Part shown: positions 8,528-18,696 of the stretch, piece after piece | Layout: every line of letters begins with the position of its first letter | Numbering within the stretch: position 1 is the stretch's first letter | Origin: Myxococcota bacterium | Lineage (GTDB): Bacteria; Myxococcota_A; UBA9160; SMWR01 | Assembly (NCBI GenBank): GCA_030749415.1 | Contig: JASMKC010000027.1 | Location: 5,369 to 69,368, forward strand | Length of the DNA: 64,000 nt | Reading direction: 5' to 3' | The notes under the pieces: model-generated | The model's input: the letters and a program-made list of their open reading frames with translations, nothing else | Told to the model about the DNA's origin: nothing | Databases searched by the model: none | Position numbers and translations under genes: made by a program

Positions 8528-9310
8528 ATGAAGATCATGGTCTGTCTCAAACAGGTGCCGCACCAGGACGCCCGGCTCGACATCAAGGGCGACGGCACGT
8601 GGATCCAAGAAGACAACATCAAGTTCGAGATCAACAGCTACGACACGTACGCGCTCGAAGAGGCGCTGCGCATCAAGGACGCCGGCGAAGCCGAGGTCCT
8701 GGTCGTCTCGATCGGACCGGACCGCGTCACCCAGGCTCTGCGCACCGCCCTCGGCATGGGCGCCGACCGCGCCGTCCACATCAAGGACGACGAGACGGAA
8801 GGCTCCGACGCCCTCGGCGTCGCGAGATTGCTGGCGGCCGTGGCGAAGGAGGAGAATCCGGACCTCATCCTGGCCGGATTCATGTCCGACGACGGAAACT
8901 TCTCGGCCGTACCTCCGATGCTGGCCGAGTTGGCGGGAGTCCCCCACACGACGGCGGCTGTGAAGGCGGAGCGGAGCAACGGCACCGTGCGCTGCGACCG
9001 GGAGATCGAGGGGGGCGCTCGCGAGGTGGTCGACCTCCAGACCCCGTGCCTCGTGGCGGTCCAGACCGGAATCAACCAGGTCCGCTACGCGTCGCTCAAG
9101 GGAATCATGGCCGCCAAGAAGAAGCCGTGTGACGTGAAGAGCGTCGGCGACCTCGGTCTTTCGGGGCAGGTGGGTGCCGCCGCCGCGAAGGTGAAGGTGA
9201 AAAGTATCGCGGTGCCCCCGAAGGGTGACCGTGCCGACATTCTCGAGGGCTCGACCGACGAAATCGCCGCCACCCTCGCCACGAAGATCAAGGAACTGGG
9301 GTTGCTCTGA
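8528..9310 (+). CDS. etfB: Electron transfer flavoprotein subunit beta
   Basis: MKIMVCLKQVPHQDARL...SYDTYALEEALRIKD, typical EtfB. AGGAGG SD upstream. Confidence 0.93.
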   Translation: MKIMVCLKQVPHQDARLDIKGDGTWIQEDNIKFEINSYDTYALEEALRIKDAGEAEVLVVSIGPDRVTQALRTALGMGADRAVHIKDDETEGSDALGVARLLAAVAKEENPDLILAGFMSDDGNFSAVPPMLAELAGVPHTTAAVKAERSNGTVRCDREIEGGAREVVDLQTPCLVAVQTGINQVRYASLKGIMAAKKKPCDVKSVGDLGLSGQVGAAAAKVKVKSIAVPPKGDRADILEGSTDEIAATLATKIKELGLL

Positions 9311-10287
9311 TGTCAACTATTCTCATCGTCGCAGAAATCCAGAACGGTGCGATCCGCGAGTCGAGCTACGAGCTCGCCGCGTTCGCCCAGAAGATCGCCG
9401 GTGAGACCGGCGGCAGCGTCAAAGGTCTGGTGGCGGGCCAGGGCATAGACGCCCTCGCCGAGGAGTTCTCGAAGAAGGGCGGAGGCGAAGTCTACGCGGC
9501 CGACCACGAGACGCTCGCGAACTACAACGCGGAGGCCCTCGGCGCCGCCATCCGCGCGGCGGTGGACGCCTCGGGTGCCGACCTGGTTCTGGTCTCGAAC
9601 ACGCCTAGCGGTTGGGACGTGGCCCCGCGTATCGCCGCGGCCCTCGATGCCGGATTCGTGAGCGATTGCTTCGCCGTCGACGTGGACGGCGGCAAGCCGG
9701 TCTTCCGCCGGCGCGTCTTCAACGGGAAGCTCGACGCCACGGTTTCCGCCGAGGCCGAGCGGATCGTCGCAACGGTGCAGCCCGGTGCGACCGCAGCCTA
9801 CGAGGGGGAAAGCGACGGCAGCGTCACGAAGCTCGACGTGACCATCGATGCCGGAGCCTTCAAGACCGCATTCGTAGAAATCAAGCAGGCTGAATCCACG
9901 GGTGTCGACCTGACCAAAGCCGATGTCATCGTCTCCGGCGGCCGCGGCGTGGGAGCTCCCGAAAAGTTCACGGAAGTGATCCAACCGCTCGCCGACGCGC
10001 TCAGCGGCGCCATGGGCGCCTCCCGGCCCGTGGTGGACGCGGGATGGCTGCCCCACGAGTACCAGGTCGGCTCGTCCGGGCAGGTGGTGCAGCCCAAGCT
10101 GTACATCGCCTGCGGCATCTCCGGCGCCATCCAGCACCTCGTCGGCATGAAGACTTCGAACTTCATCATCGCCATCAACAAGGACCCGGACGCGCCGATA
10201 TTCGAGGTCGCAAATCTCGGCGTCGTCGGCGACCTCCTCGAGGTCGTACCGGCACTGACCAAGGCAGTGCAGGAAGCGAAAGGCTAG
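9310..10287 (+). CDS. etfA: Electron transfer flavoprotein subunit alpha
   Basis: The ATG overlaps the etfB stop. C-terminal FAD region [19 protein letters not shown]. Confidence 0.93.
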   Translation: MSTILIVAEIQNGAIRESSYELAAFAQKIAGETGGSVKGLVAGQGIDALAEEFSKKGGGEVYAADHETLANYNAEALGAAIRAAVDASGADLVLVSNTPSGWDVAPRIAAALDAGFVSDCFAVDVDGGKPVFRRRVFNGKLDATVSAEAERIVATVQPGATAAYEGESDGSVTKLDVTIDAGAFKTAFVEIKQAESTGVDLTKADVIVSGGRGVGAPEKFTEVIQPLADALSGAMGASRPVVDAGWLPHEYQVGSSGQVVQPKLYIACGISGAIQHLVGMKTSNFIIAINKDPDAPIFEVANLGVVGDLLEVVPALTKAVQEAKG

Positions 10288-10377
10288 AGAGATTCCAGCC
10301 CCCGCAAGCACTCGTACGGGCGGGGGCCGCTTCGAATCCGTCCGGCGAAGCCGGGTCGCGAAGGATCGGGGGCAGGC

Positions 10378-10941
10378 ATGGCGGTCGACACGTCCAGCTT
10401 TCGCAACGGGTTGAAGATCGAGCTCGACGGCGAGCCCTTCACCATCACCTATTTCCAACACGTGAAGCCCGGAAAGGGCGGCGCATTCGTTCGCACCAAG
10501 GTCAAGAGCCTGAAGAGCGGCAAGGTAATCGACAAGCGCTTCCGCGCGGGTGAGAAGGTCGAGCTCGCCGACATCGAGGAGCGCCGGATGCAGTACCTCT
10601 ACCAGGACGGTGACAGCCTCATCTTCATGGACAACAAGAGCTACGACCAGACACCCTTCACCGCGGAAGTGGTGGGCGAAGGCGCCAAGTTCCTGAAGGA
10701 AAATATCGACGTCGACGTTCTTTTCTGGAAGGGCGTGCCGCTCAACGTCGACCTCCCCAACTTCATCGAAGCAGTGGTTGCGAAATGCGAGCCCGGCGAG
10801 AAGGGCGACACCGCATCGAACGTCACCAAGCCCGCGACCCTCGAAACCGGGGCGGTGGTGCAGGTTCCGCTCTTCATCAAGGAAGGTGAATCGATCCGCG
10901 TCGATACGCGCTCCGGAGAGTACGTCGAGCGGGTCAACTGA
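10378..10941 (+). CDS. efp: Elongation factor P
   Basis: FRNGLKIELDGEPFTITYFQHVKPGKGGAFVRTKVKSL, length 187 aa. Confidence 0.95.
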   Translation: MAVDTSSFRNGLKIELDGEPFTITYFQHVKPGKGGAFVRTKVKSLKSGKVIDKRFRAGEKVELADIEERRMQYLYQDGDSLIFMDNKSYDQTPFTAEVVGEGAKFLKENIDVDVLFWKGVPLNVDLPNFIEAVVAKCEPGEKGDTASNVTKPATLETGAVVQVPLFIKEGESIRVDTRSGEYVERVN

Positions 10942-10947
10942 GCCGCT

Positions 10948-12198
10948 GTGAGCTCCAACACGACCTCGCGAGGACCGCGCCGAGCATTGGTCTTCTCCGG
11001 AGGAGGTGCCCGCGGCGCCTACGAAGCCGGCTTCGTCCGCTACCTGTGCGACGAGCTGCCGCGGCGGCTGGGGCGCCCGCCACAGATCGACATCCTCTGC
11101 GGCACCTCGGTCGGCGCGATCCACGCCTGCTACCTCGCCGCCACCGCCCACCAGACAGAAGGCCGGGGGGCGCGCCTCGTCGACGTCTGGACCCGGATGC
11201 AACTCGACCAGATCCTGCCACTCTCCGCGCGCGACCTGCTGGCGCTGCCGCGTCGCATCCTCGGAATGCGCAAGATCGCCGAGGCACTGAAAGACGGCGA
11301 CCTCCCCGACCGGCTCTACGGCCTCTTCGACACCAAGCCGCTCGAGGAACTGGTGCTCGGTGCGATCCCATGGCGCGGAATCCGCAACAACATACGCGCG
11401 GGTCGGCTCGATGCGGCCTGCGTGGCGGCGACCCAGATCGGAACGGGAAACGTCGTGGTCTTCATGGAGACACGCGACCGCACCATCCCCCAATGGACAC
11501 GCGACCCGACCGTCGTGCCGCGACCCACGCGGCTGCTGCCGACACACGCCCTGGCATCGGCCGCCATACCGCTGGTGTTTCCCGCTGTGCGCGTGGCGAG
11601 CACCTACTACGCCGATGGCGGCCTGCGCCTCAACACGCCCCTGGCACCGGCGCTGCGCCTCGGGGCCGACCGCGTGCTCGTGGTGGCGCTGCGCCAGGAA
11701 ACTCGGAACGCCAGCGAGGCGGAGCTCACGCGGACTCACGGAGCGGCCTACGGAAGCCCCCTGTTCCTATTCGGCAAAGTCTTGAACGCATTGATGCTCG
11801 ACCACCTCGACACGGACCTCAGCCGCATGCACGTGGTCAACGAAATCCTCGAGCACGGAGAAACCGCCTACGGTGCTGGATTCACCGACAAGCTGAACCA
11901 GGTAGCCCTGCGGAAGTCTGCGCGGCCCTTCCGCCACATCCACGACCTCGTGATCCGCCCGACGGCCGACCCGGGGCTGCTCGCCGGCCAGATCCTGAGC
12001 AACCTCAGCGATGCCCACTCGCGCTCGCCCCTGATCCGACTCGCGGCCCGGGGCCTCGAAGACGGCGACCGGAGTCCGGAGTCGGATCTGCTCTCCTACC
12101 TTCTCTTCGACAGCGATTTCGTCGCTCCGCTCGCGGATCTCGGCTACCGGGACGCGGCCGCACGGGAAGAGGAACTCGTGGCATTCTTCACAGACTGA
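10948..12198 (+). CDS. Patatin-like phospholipase
   Basis: VFSGGGARGAYEAG oxyanion motif, GTSVGA (GxSxG), later DGG. GTG start 6 nt after efp. Confidence 0.85.
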   Translation: MSSNTTSRGPRRALVFSGGGARGAYEAGFVRYLCDELPRRLGRPPQIDILCGTSVGAIHACYLAATAHQTEGRGARLVDVWTRMQLDQILPLSARDLLALPRRILGMRKIAEALKDGDLPDRLYGLFDTKPLEELVLGAIPWRGIRNNIRAGRLDAACVAATQIGTGNVVVFMETRDRTIPQWTRDPTVVPRPTRLLPTHALASAAIPLVFPAVRVASTYYADGGLRLNTPLAPALRLGADRVLVVALRQETRNASEAELTRTHGAAYGSPLFLFGKVLNALMLDHLDTDLSRMHVVNEILEHGETAYGAGFTDKLNQVALRKSARPFRHIHDLVIRPTADPGLLAGQILSNLSDAHSRSPLIRLAARGLEDGDRSPESDLLSYLLFDSDFVAPLADLGYRDAAAREEELVAFFTD

Positions 12199-12286
12199 GA
12201 CCGGGCACCGCGGGACGCCGAAAGCCACCTGTACCCGCGGGCCCCGCTGCTGGGACAGCCCGGCGCCTGCGCTACCCTGACCCGCC

Positions 12287-13255
12287 GTGCGCGGGGACCA
12301 GCTTGCCCGGCAATGGCAGCTCGTCCAGCGGCTCGCGAAGAGCCGGGCGGGTTGCAGCCTCGACGATCTCGCCGACGAGCTCGGCTGTGTCCGGCGAACG
12401 GTCTACCGAGACCTCGACGCGTTGATGTACGCCGGGTTCCCGGTGGTCTCGGAAAAGCGAGACGGGCGCGTCTTCTACCGTTTTCTGGATAGCTTCGGCC
12501 TGGGCGACGTCCCTTTCACGTCGGACGAGATCCTGGCCCTCGCCTTCGGCGAAGACCTGCTGCGCCAGCTCGAGGGCACCGTCTTCCACGACTCCGTGCG
12601 CTCGGCACTCCAGAAGATCCGAGCCGGCCTCTCGCCCGAACTCGAAGCCTACCTGGCGCGGCTGGGCGACACCTTCCGCGTGCTGCCCGACCCGCACAAG
12701 AACTACGCCCGCTCTCGGGAGACGATCCGGACGCTCCACGACGCCGTGCTCCGGCAACGCACGGTCCGCATGCGCTACCGCACGGGTCGCACCGGAAAGG
12801 AGGCCACCCGGGACCTCGACCCCTACCGGGTCTGGTACCGAAGCGGCGGCCTCTACGTCGTGGGACTCGACCACCGGAGCGGCGAGATCCGTACGTTCGC
12901 GGTCGAACGCATCCAGGCACTCGAGACGACGAAACGGAGCTTCTCGGTGCCCAAGAGCTTCGACTTCGACGCGTGGGCTGCCGGCTCGTTCGGCGTAATC
13001 GCCGAACCGGCCAGCAAAGTCCGCATCCGCTTCGACCGCCGCTGGGCGAGCTACGTGGAAGAGCACACCTGGCACACGAGCCAACAGCTCCAGCGGCGAC
13101 GCGGTGGCTCCGTGGAACTCGCGATGGAGGTGGGCGAAACCGCCGACCTGCGCTCATGGATCCTCTCGTTCGGTTCGGGCGCAGAGGTGCTCGAGCCCGA
13201 GTCGCTCCGCAAGGCGATCGTCGCAGACCTCGAGGCGTCACTCGGGCGCTACTAG
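12287..13255 (+). CDS. HTH + WYL domain transcriptional regulator (YafY-like)
   Basis: N-terminal wHTH (LDDLADELGCVRRTVYRDLDAL). WYL region DLDPYRVWYRSGGLYVVGLDHRSGEIRTFAVERI. GTG start. Confidence 0.85.
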   Translation: MRGDQLARQWQLVQRLAKSRAGCSLDDLADELGCVRRTVYRDLDALMYAGFPVVSEKRDGRVFYRFLDSFGLGDVPFTSDEILALAFGEDLLRQLEGTVFHDSVRSALQKIRAGLSPELEAYLARLGDTFRVLPDPHKNYARSRETIRTLHDAVLRQRTVRMRYRTGRTGKEATRDLDPYRVWYRSGGLYVVGLDHRSGEIRTFAVERIQALETTKRSFSVPKSFDFDAWAAGSFGVIAEPASKVRIRFDRRWASYVEEHTWHTSQQLQRRRGGSVELAMEVGETADLRSWILSFGSGAEVLEPESLRKAIVADLEASLGRY

Positions 13256-13334
13256 CGCCGCGCCCGGCGCACGCGCCGGGCCTGGGGCCCCTCTTAGCCC
13301 CACTGAGGACGGCCGCCTAGAATGGGCCCCCGGG

Positions 13335-15035
13335 GTGTCACGAATCCTTTTTCTCACCGCCGGTCCCATGCCCGCGCTCGGCCTGCTCCTGGCGCTGGCC
13401 CTCCTCGCTGCCGGCTCTCCGGCCACGGCCAACGAGCCGGCGGACTTCTCGGCCGGCCGGCTCTGGGTTCCGGATGCGGCGCTCGGCGACGTCACACCGG
13501 CGCAGCGCCACGCACGCTGGCAACGCAACGTGGTGAACGTCGCGAAGCCGGCGCTGGCCCTGGCCGGGGCAGCGCTCCTCGGCTGGGGGGCGTGGCTGCG
13601 CCGCGCTGGACACGCCGGCCGCGGGCGACGCCTTCGCGATGCGCTGCTCGCGCTGCTCGGTGTCGCGGGCTTTGCCGGCTGGTGGAACTTCGGGTTCTTC
13701 CACTACCCGGAATTCGTGCACCCCCACGAGTTCTTCCACTACACGATCGGCGCCAAGTACTACCCCGAGCTGGGCTACACGCGGCTCTACACGTGCACCG
13801 CCGCAGCCGACGTCGAAGCGGGGCTCGGCGCGCGCGTCGCCACACGGCGCATGACCGATCTCGAGAACTACGAGCTCGTGCCCGCGGCCGAGGCCGCAGC
13901 CGATCCCCAGCGCTGCAAGCAGTTCTTTTCGCCCGAGCGCTGGAAACTGTTTACCGGTGACATCGCCTGGTTCCGCGAGCGCATGGAGCCCGACGCCTGG
14001 GAGCAGCTGCAGCGCGACCACGGTTACAACCCGACGCCGGTGTGGGGCATCCTCGGCCGAGCCCTCCTCGGCGACGGCCCACTTCGCGCGGAGCGAGTCG
14101 CCACCCTCTCCCTCGTCGATCCGATGCTCATCGTGTCGCTGTGGGCACTGGCCGCCTTGGCCTTCGGCTGGCGCGCGGCCTGCGTGGGCCTGCTCTATTG
14201 GGGCACCAACCACCCCGCGGAGTACAGCTGGGTCGGCGGCGCGTATCTGCGCCACGACTGGCTGCTCGCGAGCGTCGCGGGGTTCGCCCTGCTGCGCCAC
14301 CGGAGACCAGTCGCGGCGGGCTTCCTGCTCGGCTGGGCATCGCTGCTTCGCGTCTTCCCGGCGCTCTTCCTCGCGCCCGTCGCCTTCCGCGCGCTGGGTC
14401 CGCTGCGCCGCGACCGGCGACTCGCCCCGGTCCACCGGGGCATTGCGCTGGGAACCCTGCTCGCGGTGGCGCTCGGCGTGCCGCTCTCGATCTGGAGCAG
14501 CGGAGGCAGCGCATGGCCCGCCTTTGCCGAGAACGCGCGGGTGCACGCGGCGGCTCTAAGCAACAACGCGCTCGGGCTCGGCGTACTCGTGCACCACGTC
14601 CCGGACGCGAGCGAGAAACGGCTCGCCGAGCGAGGACAGGACTTGGGCCGAGCCTGGAAGCAGGCCCGCCGCACGAGCCGCAGCACCCGCTGGCCCCTGT
14701 TTTTCCTGCTCGCAGCGCTACTCGTCGCGGGCATCGCGTGGGCATCGCGGCGTGTCCCCGACTGGGAGGCCGCGATCCTGGGCGTGGGCCTCGTTCCGAT
14801 CCTGCTCGAGCCCGCCGGCTACTACACCTCGATCTTCCTGGCCTACGCATTCCTGCGCAGCGGCGGCGAAGCGGTCGGCGCAGCGCTGTGCCTGCTCTCG
14901 GTCGCGGGCTGGCTCGCCGCCGCCCTCTGGCTCCAATGGGACGAGATCGCCGTTGCGACCAGCGCCGCCCTGATCCTCTTCATCGGGGTCGCCAGCTGGC
15001 TCGCGGGCCGGCGTGCCGTGCAAGCCGAGCCCTAG
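13335..15035 (+). CDS. Large polytopic membrane protein, function unknown (about 10 hydrophobic segments)
   Basis: 3' part of ORF 13104..15035. Candidate starts are GTG 13335 (MSRILFLTAGPMPALGLLLALALLAAG) or ATG 13368. Many TM-like stretches and good GC3. No motif I can name. Confidence 0.7.
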   Translation: MSRILFLTAGPMPALGLLLALALLAAGSPATANEPADFSAGRLWVPDAALGDVTPAQRHARWQRNVVNVAKPALALAGAALLGWGAWLRRAGHAGRGRRLRDALLALLGVAGFAGWWNFGFFHYPEFVHPHEFFHYTIGAKYYPELGYTRLYTCTAAADVEAGLGARVATRRMTDLENYELVPAAEAAADPQRCKQFFSPERWKLFTGDIAWFRERMEPDAWEQLQRDHGYNPTPVWGILGRALLGDGPLRAERVATLSLVDPMLIVSLWALAALAFGWRAACVGLLYWGTNHPAEYSWVGGAYLRHDWLLASVAGFALLRHRRPVAAGFLLGWASLLRVFPALFLAPVAFRALGPLRRDRRLAPVHRGIALGTLLAVALGVPLSIWSSGGSAWPAFAENARVHAAALSNNALGLGVLVHHVPDASEKRLAERGQDLGRAWKQARRTSRSTRWPLFFLLAALLVAGIAWASRRVPDWEAAILGVGLVPILLEPAGYYTSIFLAYAFLRSGGEAVGAALCLLSVAGWLAAALWLQWDEIAVATSAALILFIGVASWLAGRRAVQAEP

Positions 15036-16468
15036 GGCTGAACGATCTCGACGGGGCCAAGGCCTTCGACCTGGGCGGACAGCGCCTCGGCCGGTCCGAC
15101 GAGCACAATGACCATCCGCTCGGGGTGAAGCAACTCGCGCGCCATGCGAGCGGTATCGGCGGTCTCCACCGCGCGGAGGCGTCCGCGATACGTGTCCAGC
15201 GAGTCCTCGGGAAGCCCGTACACGTCGAGATCGACCTCGGAAGACACGACGGCGGTCGAAGTTTCGAGACCGAGCGCGAAGCCCCCCACCCGCAGGGCCT
15301 TGGCATTGCGCAGTTCAGCTGCGGTGGGCGGCTCGTCGCGCATCCGCTCGAGGTCGGACAGGGTCAAATCGAGCACGCGCCGCACCTCGGGCACCCGCGT
15401 AAACGTAATCACGAGGAACGGCCCGGCGTGGCGGCGCAGACCGAAACCCGACCAGACGCCATAGGTGAGACCCCCCTCCGTCCGCAGCGTTTCCGTGAGA
15501 CGCGAGGAGAAGCCGCCGCCACCGAGGACGGTGTTCATCAGCGAGGCCGGGATGCGGTCGGGATCGGTGCGCGCCAGCCCTTCATGGGCCAGCGCGATCC
15601 GGGCCTGGGCCAGGTCCGGCCGGTCGACGATGACGATGCGGCGTGCGTCGGGCACGCGCTGGGGCGGCGCCGGGCCCGGCGGAACGACTTCTCCCCGTTT
15701 CCACGCACCGAAGGCTTTTCCCGCGGCGGGGAGCAATGACTTCATGTCCGCGTCGCCGGCGGCGAAGAAGATCGCGTCGTTCGGAACGAAGATGGAGCGG
15801 TGAAAGGCGCGCGCCTGCGATGCGTCGAGACGCGCGACGCTCTCGGCCGTTCCGCCGCGGGGCGCTCCATACGGATGATCCTTGTAAAGGGTGCGAGCCA
15901 GATGCCATCTGGACAGGGTGGCGGGGTCGTCCTTCGCGCGTTCGAGGGACGCCAGCATCTGGTCGCGCGCCCGGACAGCCTCGCGCGCTTCGAAGCGGGG
16001 CCTCAGCACCACGTCTGCGAGGATCTCGAGCAACCGGTCCCGGTCCCGCGAGAGCCCCGAGACCGTCACGGTGGTCGAGTCCCAGTCTCCACCGACAGAC
16101 AGCGAAGCGCCGATCTCGTCCGTCGCCTGCGAGAGCGCCAGCGCGTCCCGCTCCCCGGCGCCCCGCTTCATCAATTCTGTCGTAAACGCCGCGAGCCCCG
16201 CCCGCTCGGGTGCAACGAGGTCCCCACCCCGGCGCACCACCACGCCGAGCACGATGCGAGGCAGGCGCCGGTCCTCCAGAACCAATACCTCCATGCCGTT
16301 GTCGAGCTTCGCGCGCTCGAGGGCACCGGGCTGAACCACCGGCGCGTCCAGGGCCGGCGGCGGCGGACGATCCCAGGCGGGCTTGCTCAGCGACGCGCAG
16401 CCCGAGGCAAGGAGCACGAGCGCCATCACCGCCACCCGGCAGGAGTTCGTTCCCAACGCGCCGCTCAC
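15032..16468 (-). CDS. M16-family peptidase-like lipoprotein, non-catalytic subunit type (no HxxEH)
   Basis: Lipobox LLASGC. M16 fold pattern, but AAFTTELMKRG stands where the partner has HLFEHMMFRG. The ATG overlaps the upstream stop by 4 nt. Confidence 0.8.
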   Translation of the reverse strand: MSGALGTNSCRVAVMALVLLASGCASLSKPAWDRPPPPALDAPVVQPGALERAKLDNGMEVLVLEDRRLPRIVLGVVVRRGGDLVAPERAGLAAFTTELMKRGAGERDALALSQATDEIGASLSVGGDWDSTTVTVSGLSRDRDRLLEILADVVLRPRFEAREAVRARDQMLASLERAKDDPATLSRWHLARTLYKDHPYGAPRGGTAESVARLDASQARAFHRSIFVPNDAIFFAAGDADMKSLLPAAGKAFGAWKRGEVVPPGPAPPQRVPDARRIVIVDRPDLAQARIALAHEGLARTDPDRIPASLMNTVLGGGGFSSRLTETLRTEGGLTYGVWSGFGLRRHAGPFLVITFTRVPEVRRVLDLTLSDLERMRDEPPTAAELRNAKALRVGGFALGLETSTAVVSSEVDLDVYGLPEDSLDTYRGRLRAVETADTARMARELLHPERMVIVLVGPAEALSAQVEGLGPVEIVQP

Positions 16469-17862
16469 GTACCGTCTCCTCGATCCTTGCGTTCCGAAGC
16501 CGGCGGCGGAACCACGTGGACGACGCTGCGCTTCTCATCCTTCAGGTAGGTATTCGCCACCCGCTGGACGTCGGCACCAGTCACGGCGCGAATCGCGGTC
16601 AGCCGCTCGTCGAGGGGACGCACCCTGCCGAAGGTCGACACCTCGCGACCCATGCGGCCGGCGAGACTGTGATTCGTGGCGAGACTGTTCACCAACGCCA
16701 CCTCGAGTTGGCGCTTGGCCTTGGCGAGTTCGTCGTCGCGAACACCCGATTGCTTGACCCGCTCGATCTCCGCCATGAAAAGGCCCTCGACGTCCTCGAC
16801 CCCCACCCCGGGACGCACCTGGGCCACAGCGTAGAAGATGCCGGCGTCATCGAGTTCCCAGTAGGCACCTTCGGCGGAGAGGGCGCTCTCTTTCTCGTAG
16901 ACGAGCTTTCGATAGAGCCGGCTCGAGCGCCCCGACGAGAGGATCGTCGAGAGCACGTCGAGGGCTTCGCCGTCCGCGTGACCCGTGGGCGGCGCGTGCC
17001 AAGCCGCCGCCAGGATGGGAGCACCCAGATCGAAGTGCACGATGGCTCGGCGCTCTCCGTCCTGCTCGGGCTCCTGAGTCGGATTGCGCGGCACCTCCAC
17101 CGGATCGAGCTTTCCAAAGGTGCGCCGGATGAGGTCGAGCGCCTCCTCGGAATCGAAGTCTCCGGCAATCGCGATCACGACGTTGTTTGGCGCGTAGTAG
17201 GAGTCGAAGAATTCGCGGCTCGCAGCCACCGTGGCCCGCTCGACGTCACTCCGCCAGCCGATCGGCGGCCACCGGTAGGGATGCGCCTGGAAGGTGAGCG
17301 CCATCAGGGCCTCCATGGCGCGACCCATCGGCTGGTCTTCGGTGCGCATGCGCCGCTCTTCGAGCACCACCTGCCGCTCGCTCTCCAGGTTCTTCTCGCT
17401 GATGTCGAGGTTCGCGAGGCGCTCGGCCTCGAGTTCGATGACCAGAGGCAGCACCTCCGACGTCACGTCCTCGAAATAGACGGTGAAATCCCGGCTCGTG
17501 TACGCATTGGTGCGCCCGCCGCGGGAATTGACCAACTGTGCGTGCATATCGGGCGGGATGTTCGAAGAGCCTCGGAACATCATGTGCTCGAAGAGATGGG
17601 CCAGCCCGGTGTACCGGCTTTCGTCTCGCGAACCCACCTTCACCCACATCTGGAAGGAGACGACGGGAGTCGTGTGGTCTTCCAGAGTGAGCACAACGAG
17701 ACCGTTGGACAGCTTGGTCTTCAGCATGCGCTCGCCCGGATCGCGGAAGCCGGGCTCGGGGATCACCACCGCTTCCGCGACGATCGAGTCCGCCCCCGCG
17801 GTCGCCGGAAACGCCAGAACCGCTGCCCAGAGGAGAAGAAACCCGCGACCAGATGCGCGCAT
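16465..17862 (-). CDS. M16-family zinc peptidase (pitrilysin/insulinase-like), catalytic subunit type
   Basis: ORF trimmed to ATG 17862 (MRASGRGFLLLWAAVLAFPATAGA signal). HLFEHMMFRG (HxxEH) motif. Confidence 0.85.
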   Translation of the reverse strand: MRASGRGFLLLWAAVLAFPATAGADSIVAEAVVIPEPGFRDPGERMLKTKLSNGLVVLTLEDHTTPVVSFQMWVKVGSRDESRYTGLAHLFEHMMFRGSSNIPPDMHAQLVNSRGGRTNAYTSRDFTVYFEDVTSEVLPLVIELEAERLANLDISEKNLESERQVVLEERRMRTEDQPMGRAMEALMALTFQAHPYRWPPIGWRSDVERATVAASREFFDSYYAPNNVVIAIAGDFDSEEALDLIRRTFGKLDPVEVPRNPTQEPEQDGERRAIVHFDLGAPILAAAWHAPPTGHADGEALDVLSTILSSGRSSRLYRKLVYEKESALSAEGAYWELDDAGIFYAVAQVRPGVGVEDVEGLFMAEIERVKQSGVRDDELAKAKRQLEVALVNSLATNHSLAGRMGREVSTFGRVRPLDERLTAIRAVTGADVQRVANTYLKDEKRSVVHVVPPPASERKDRGDGT

Positions 17863-17911
17863 GGCGCGGTACAGTATCGGCCGCCGCCTGGGGTGTCGAG
17901 GAGGTCGCGCC

Positions 17912-18325
17912 ATGGACGACACGTCGCTTCGCGAGCTGTTGCTCTCAGCGCACAGTCTGGCAGTGGTGGGCATCAAAGATCGAGAAACCGAAGACGCCTT
18001 CCAGGTTCCCGCGTACCTGCAAGCCGCCGGCTATCGCATCCTTCCCATCAACCCGAAACTCGAACGGGTGCTCGGAGAACCCGCATTCGGCTCTCTCGGA
18101 GAGCTCCCCTGCCCCGCAGACCTCGCGAACCTCTTCCGCGCCTCACACCACGTATCCGACCACGTCGACGAATTGCTGGCCCTGGACTGGCGCCCCCGGA
18201 CCGTGTGGATGCAACGGGGCATCTCCCACCCGGAGTCGGCGCGAAGGCTCGAGGCAGAGGGCGTGGCGGTCGTCGAGGACCGCTGTCTGCTGGTGGAGCA
18301 TCGCCGGCTGGTGAGGGACGCGTGA
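17912..18325 (+). CDS. CoA-binding domain protein (YccU/YneT-like)
   Basis: MDDTSLRELLLSAHSLAVVGIKDRE...GYRILPINP. GAGGAGG SD 8 nt upstream of ATG 17912. Confidence 0.8.
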   Translation: MDDTSLRELLLSAHSLAVVGIKDRETEDAFQVPAYLQAAGYRILPINPKLERVLGEPAFGSLGELPCPADLANLFRASHHVSDHVDELLALDWRPRTVWMQRGISHPESARRLEAEGVAVVEDRCLLVEHRRLVRDA

Positions 18326-18690
18326 GCCGGGATCGAGTCGTCTACTCCAGTGGAAAGGGCCGGGTCTGCCCCCACTGCGGTCTGGCGCAGAGCCACTGCG
18401 CCTGCCGCAAGAATCCCCGCCGGGGTCCCCGCGATTCCGTCCCTCCCGGCGACGGTGTGGTTCGCGTGCGCCGAGAGACCCAGGGGCGCCGGGGCAAGAC
18501 GGTGACGACGATCTCGGGCGTCCCGCTGGCACCGGCGGAGCTGAAGCAGCTCGCGGCCGAACTCAAGCGCTGCTGCGGCACGGGAGGCTCGGCGCGCGAC
18601 GGTGCAATCGAGATCCAGGGCGACCATCGCGACACCCTGGTCGGCGAACTCGAGGAACGCGGCTACACGGTCAAGCGCGCAGGCGGCTAG
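18322..18690 (+). CDS. yciH: Translation initiation factor SUI1/YciH family
   Basis: RVVYSSGKGRVCPHCG...GDGVVRVRRETQGRRGKTVTTISG...ELKRCCGTGGSARDGAIEIQGDHRD. The GTG overlaps the upstream stop (GTGA). Confidence 0.85.
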   Translation: MSRDRVVYSSGKGRVCPHCGLAQSHCACRKNPRRGPRDSVPPGDGVVRVRRETQGRRGKTVTTISGVPLAPAELKQLAAELKRCCGTGGSARDGAIEIQGDHRDTLVGELEERGYTVKRAGG

Positions 18691-18696
18691 GTCCGG

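Noticed and set aside
9313-11739. 808-aa minus-strand ORF. Similar very long ORFs occur at 34001..36046 (+), 45857..47917 (-), 57666..59537 (+), 21540..23267 (-) and 8219..9316 (-).
   Set aside because: They run antisense to genes with unmistakable homology (etfA/efp/patatin, EF-G, priA, atoE and others). Their translations are Arg/Gly/Pro/His-rich low-complexity sequence with poor third-position GC. These are classic shadow ORFs of high-GC DNA.
10948-13255. Patatin plus WYL regulator considered as a CBASS-like defence operon.
   Set aside because: There is no CD-NTase or other nucleotide cyclase, no E1/E2/JAB or HORMA/TRIP13 genes, and the patatin gene sits 6 nt after efp in a housekeeping context.
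16210-18321. The N-terminal 700 codons of the 826-aa ORF that ends as yciH.
   Set aside because: This part runs antisense to the M16 peptidase genes and across the CoA-binding gene. Only the last 122 codons (from GTG 18322) match SUI1/YciH.
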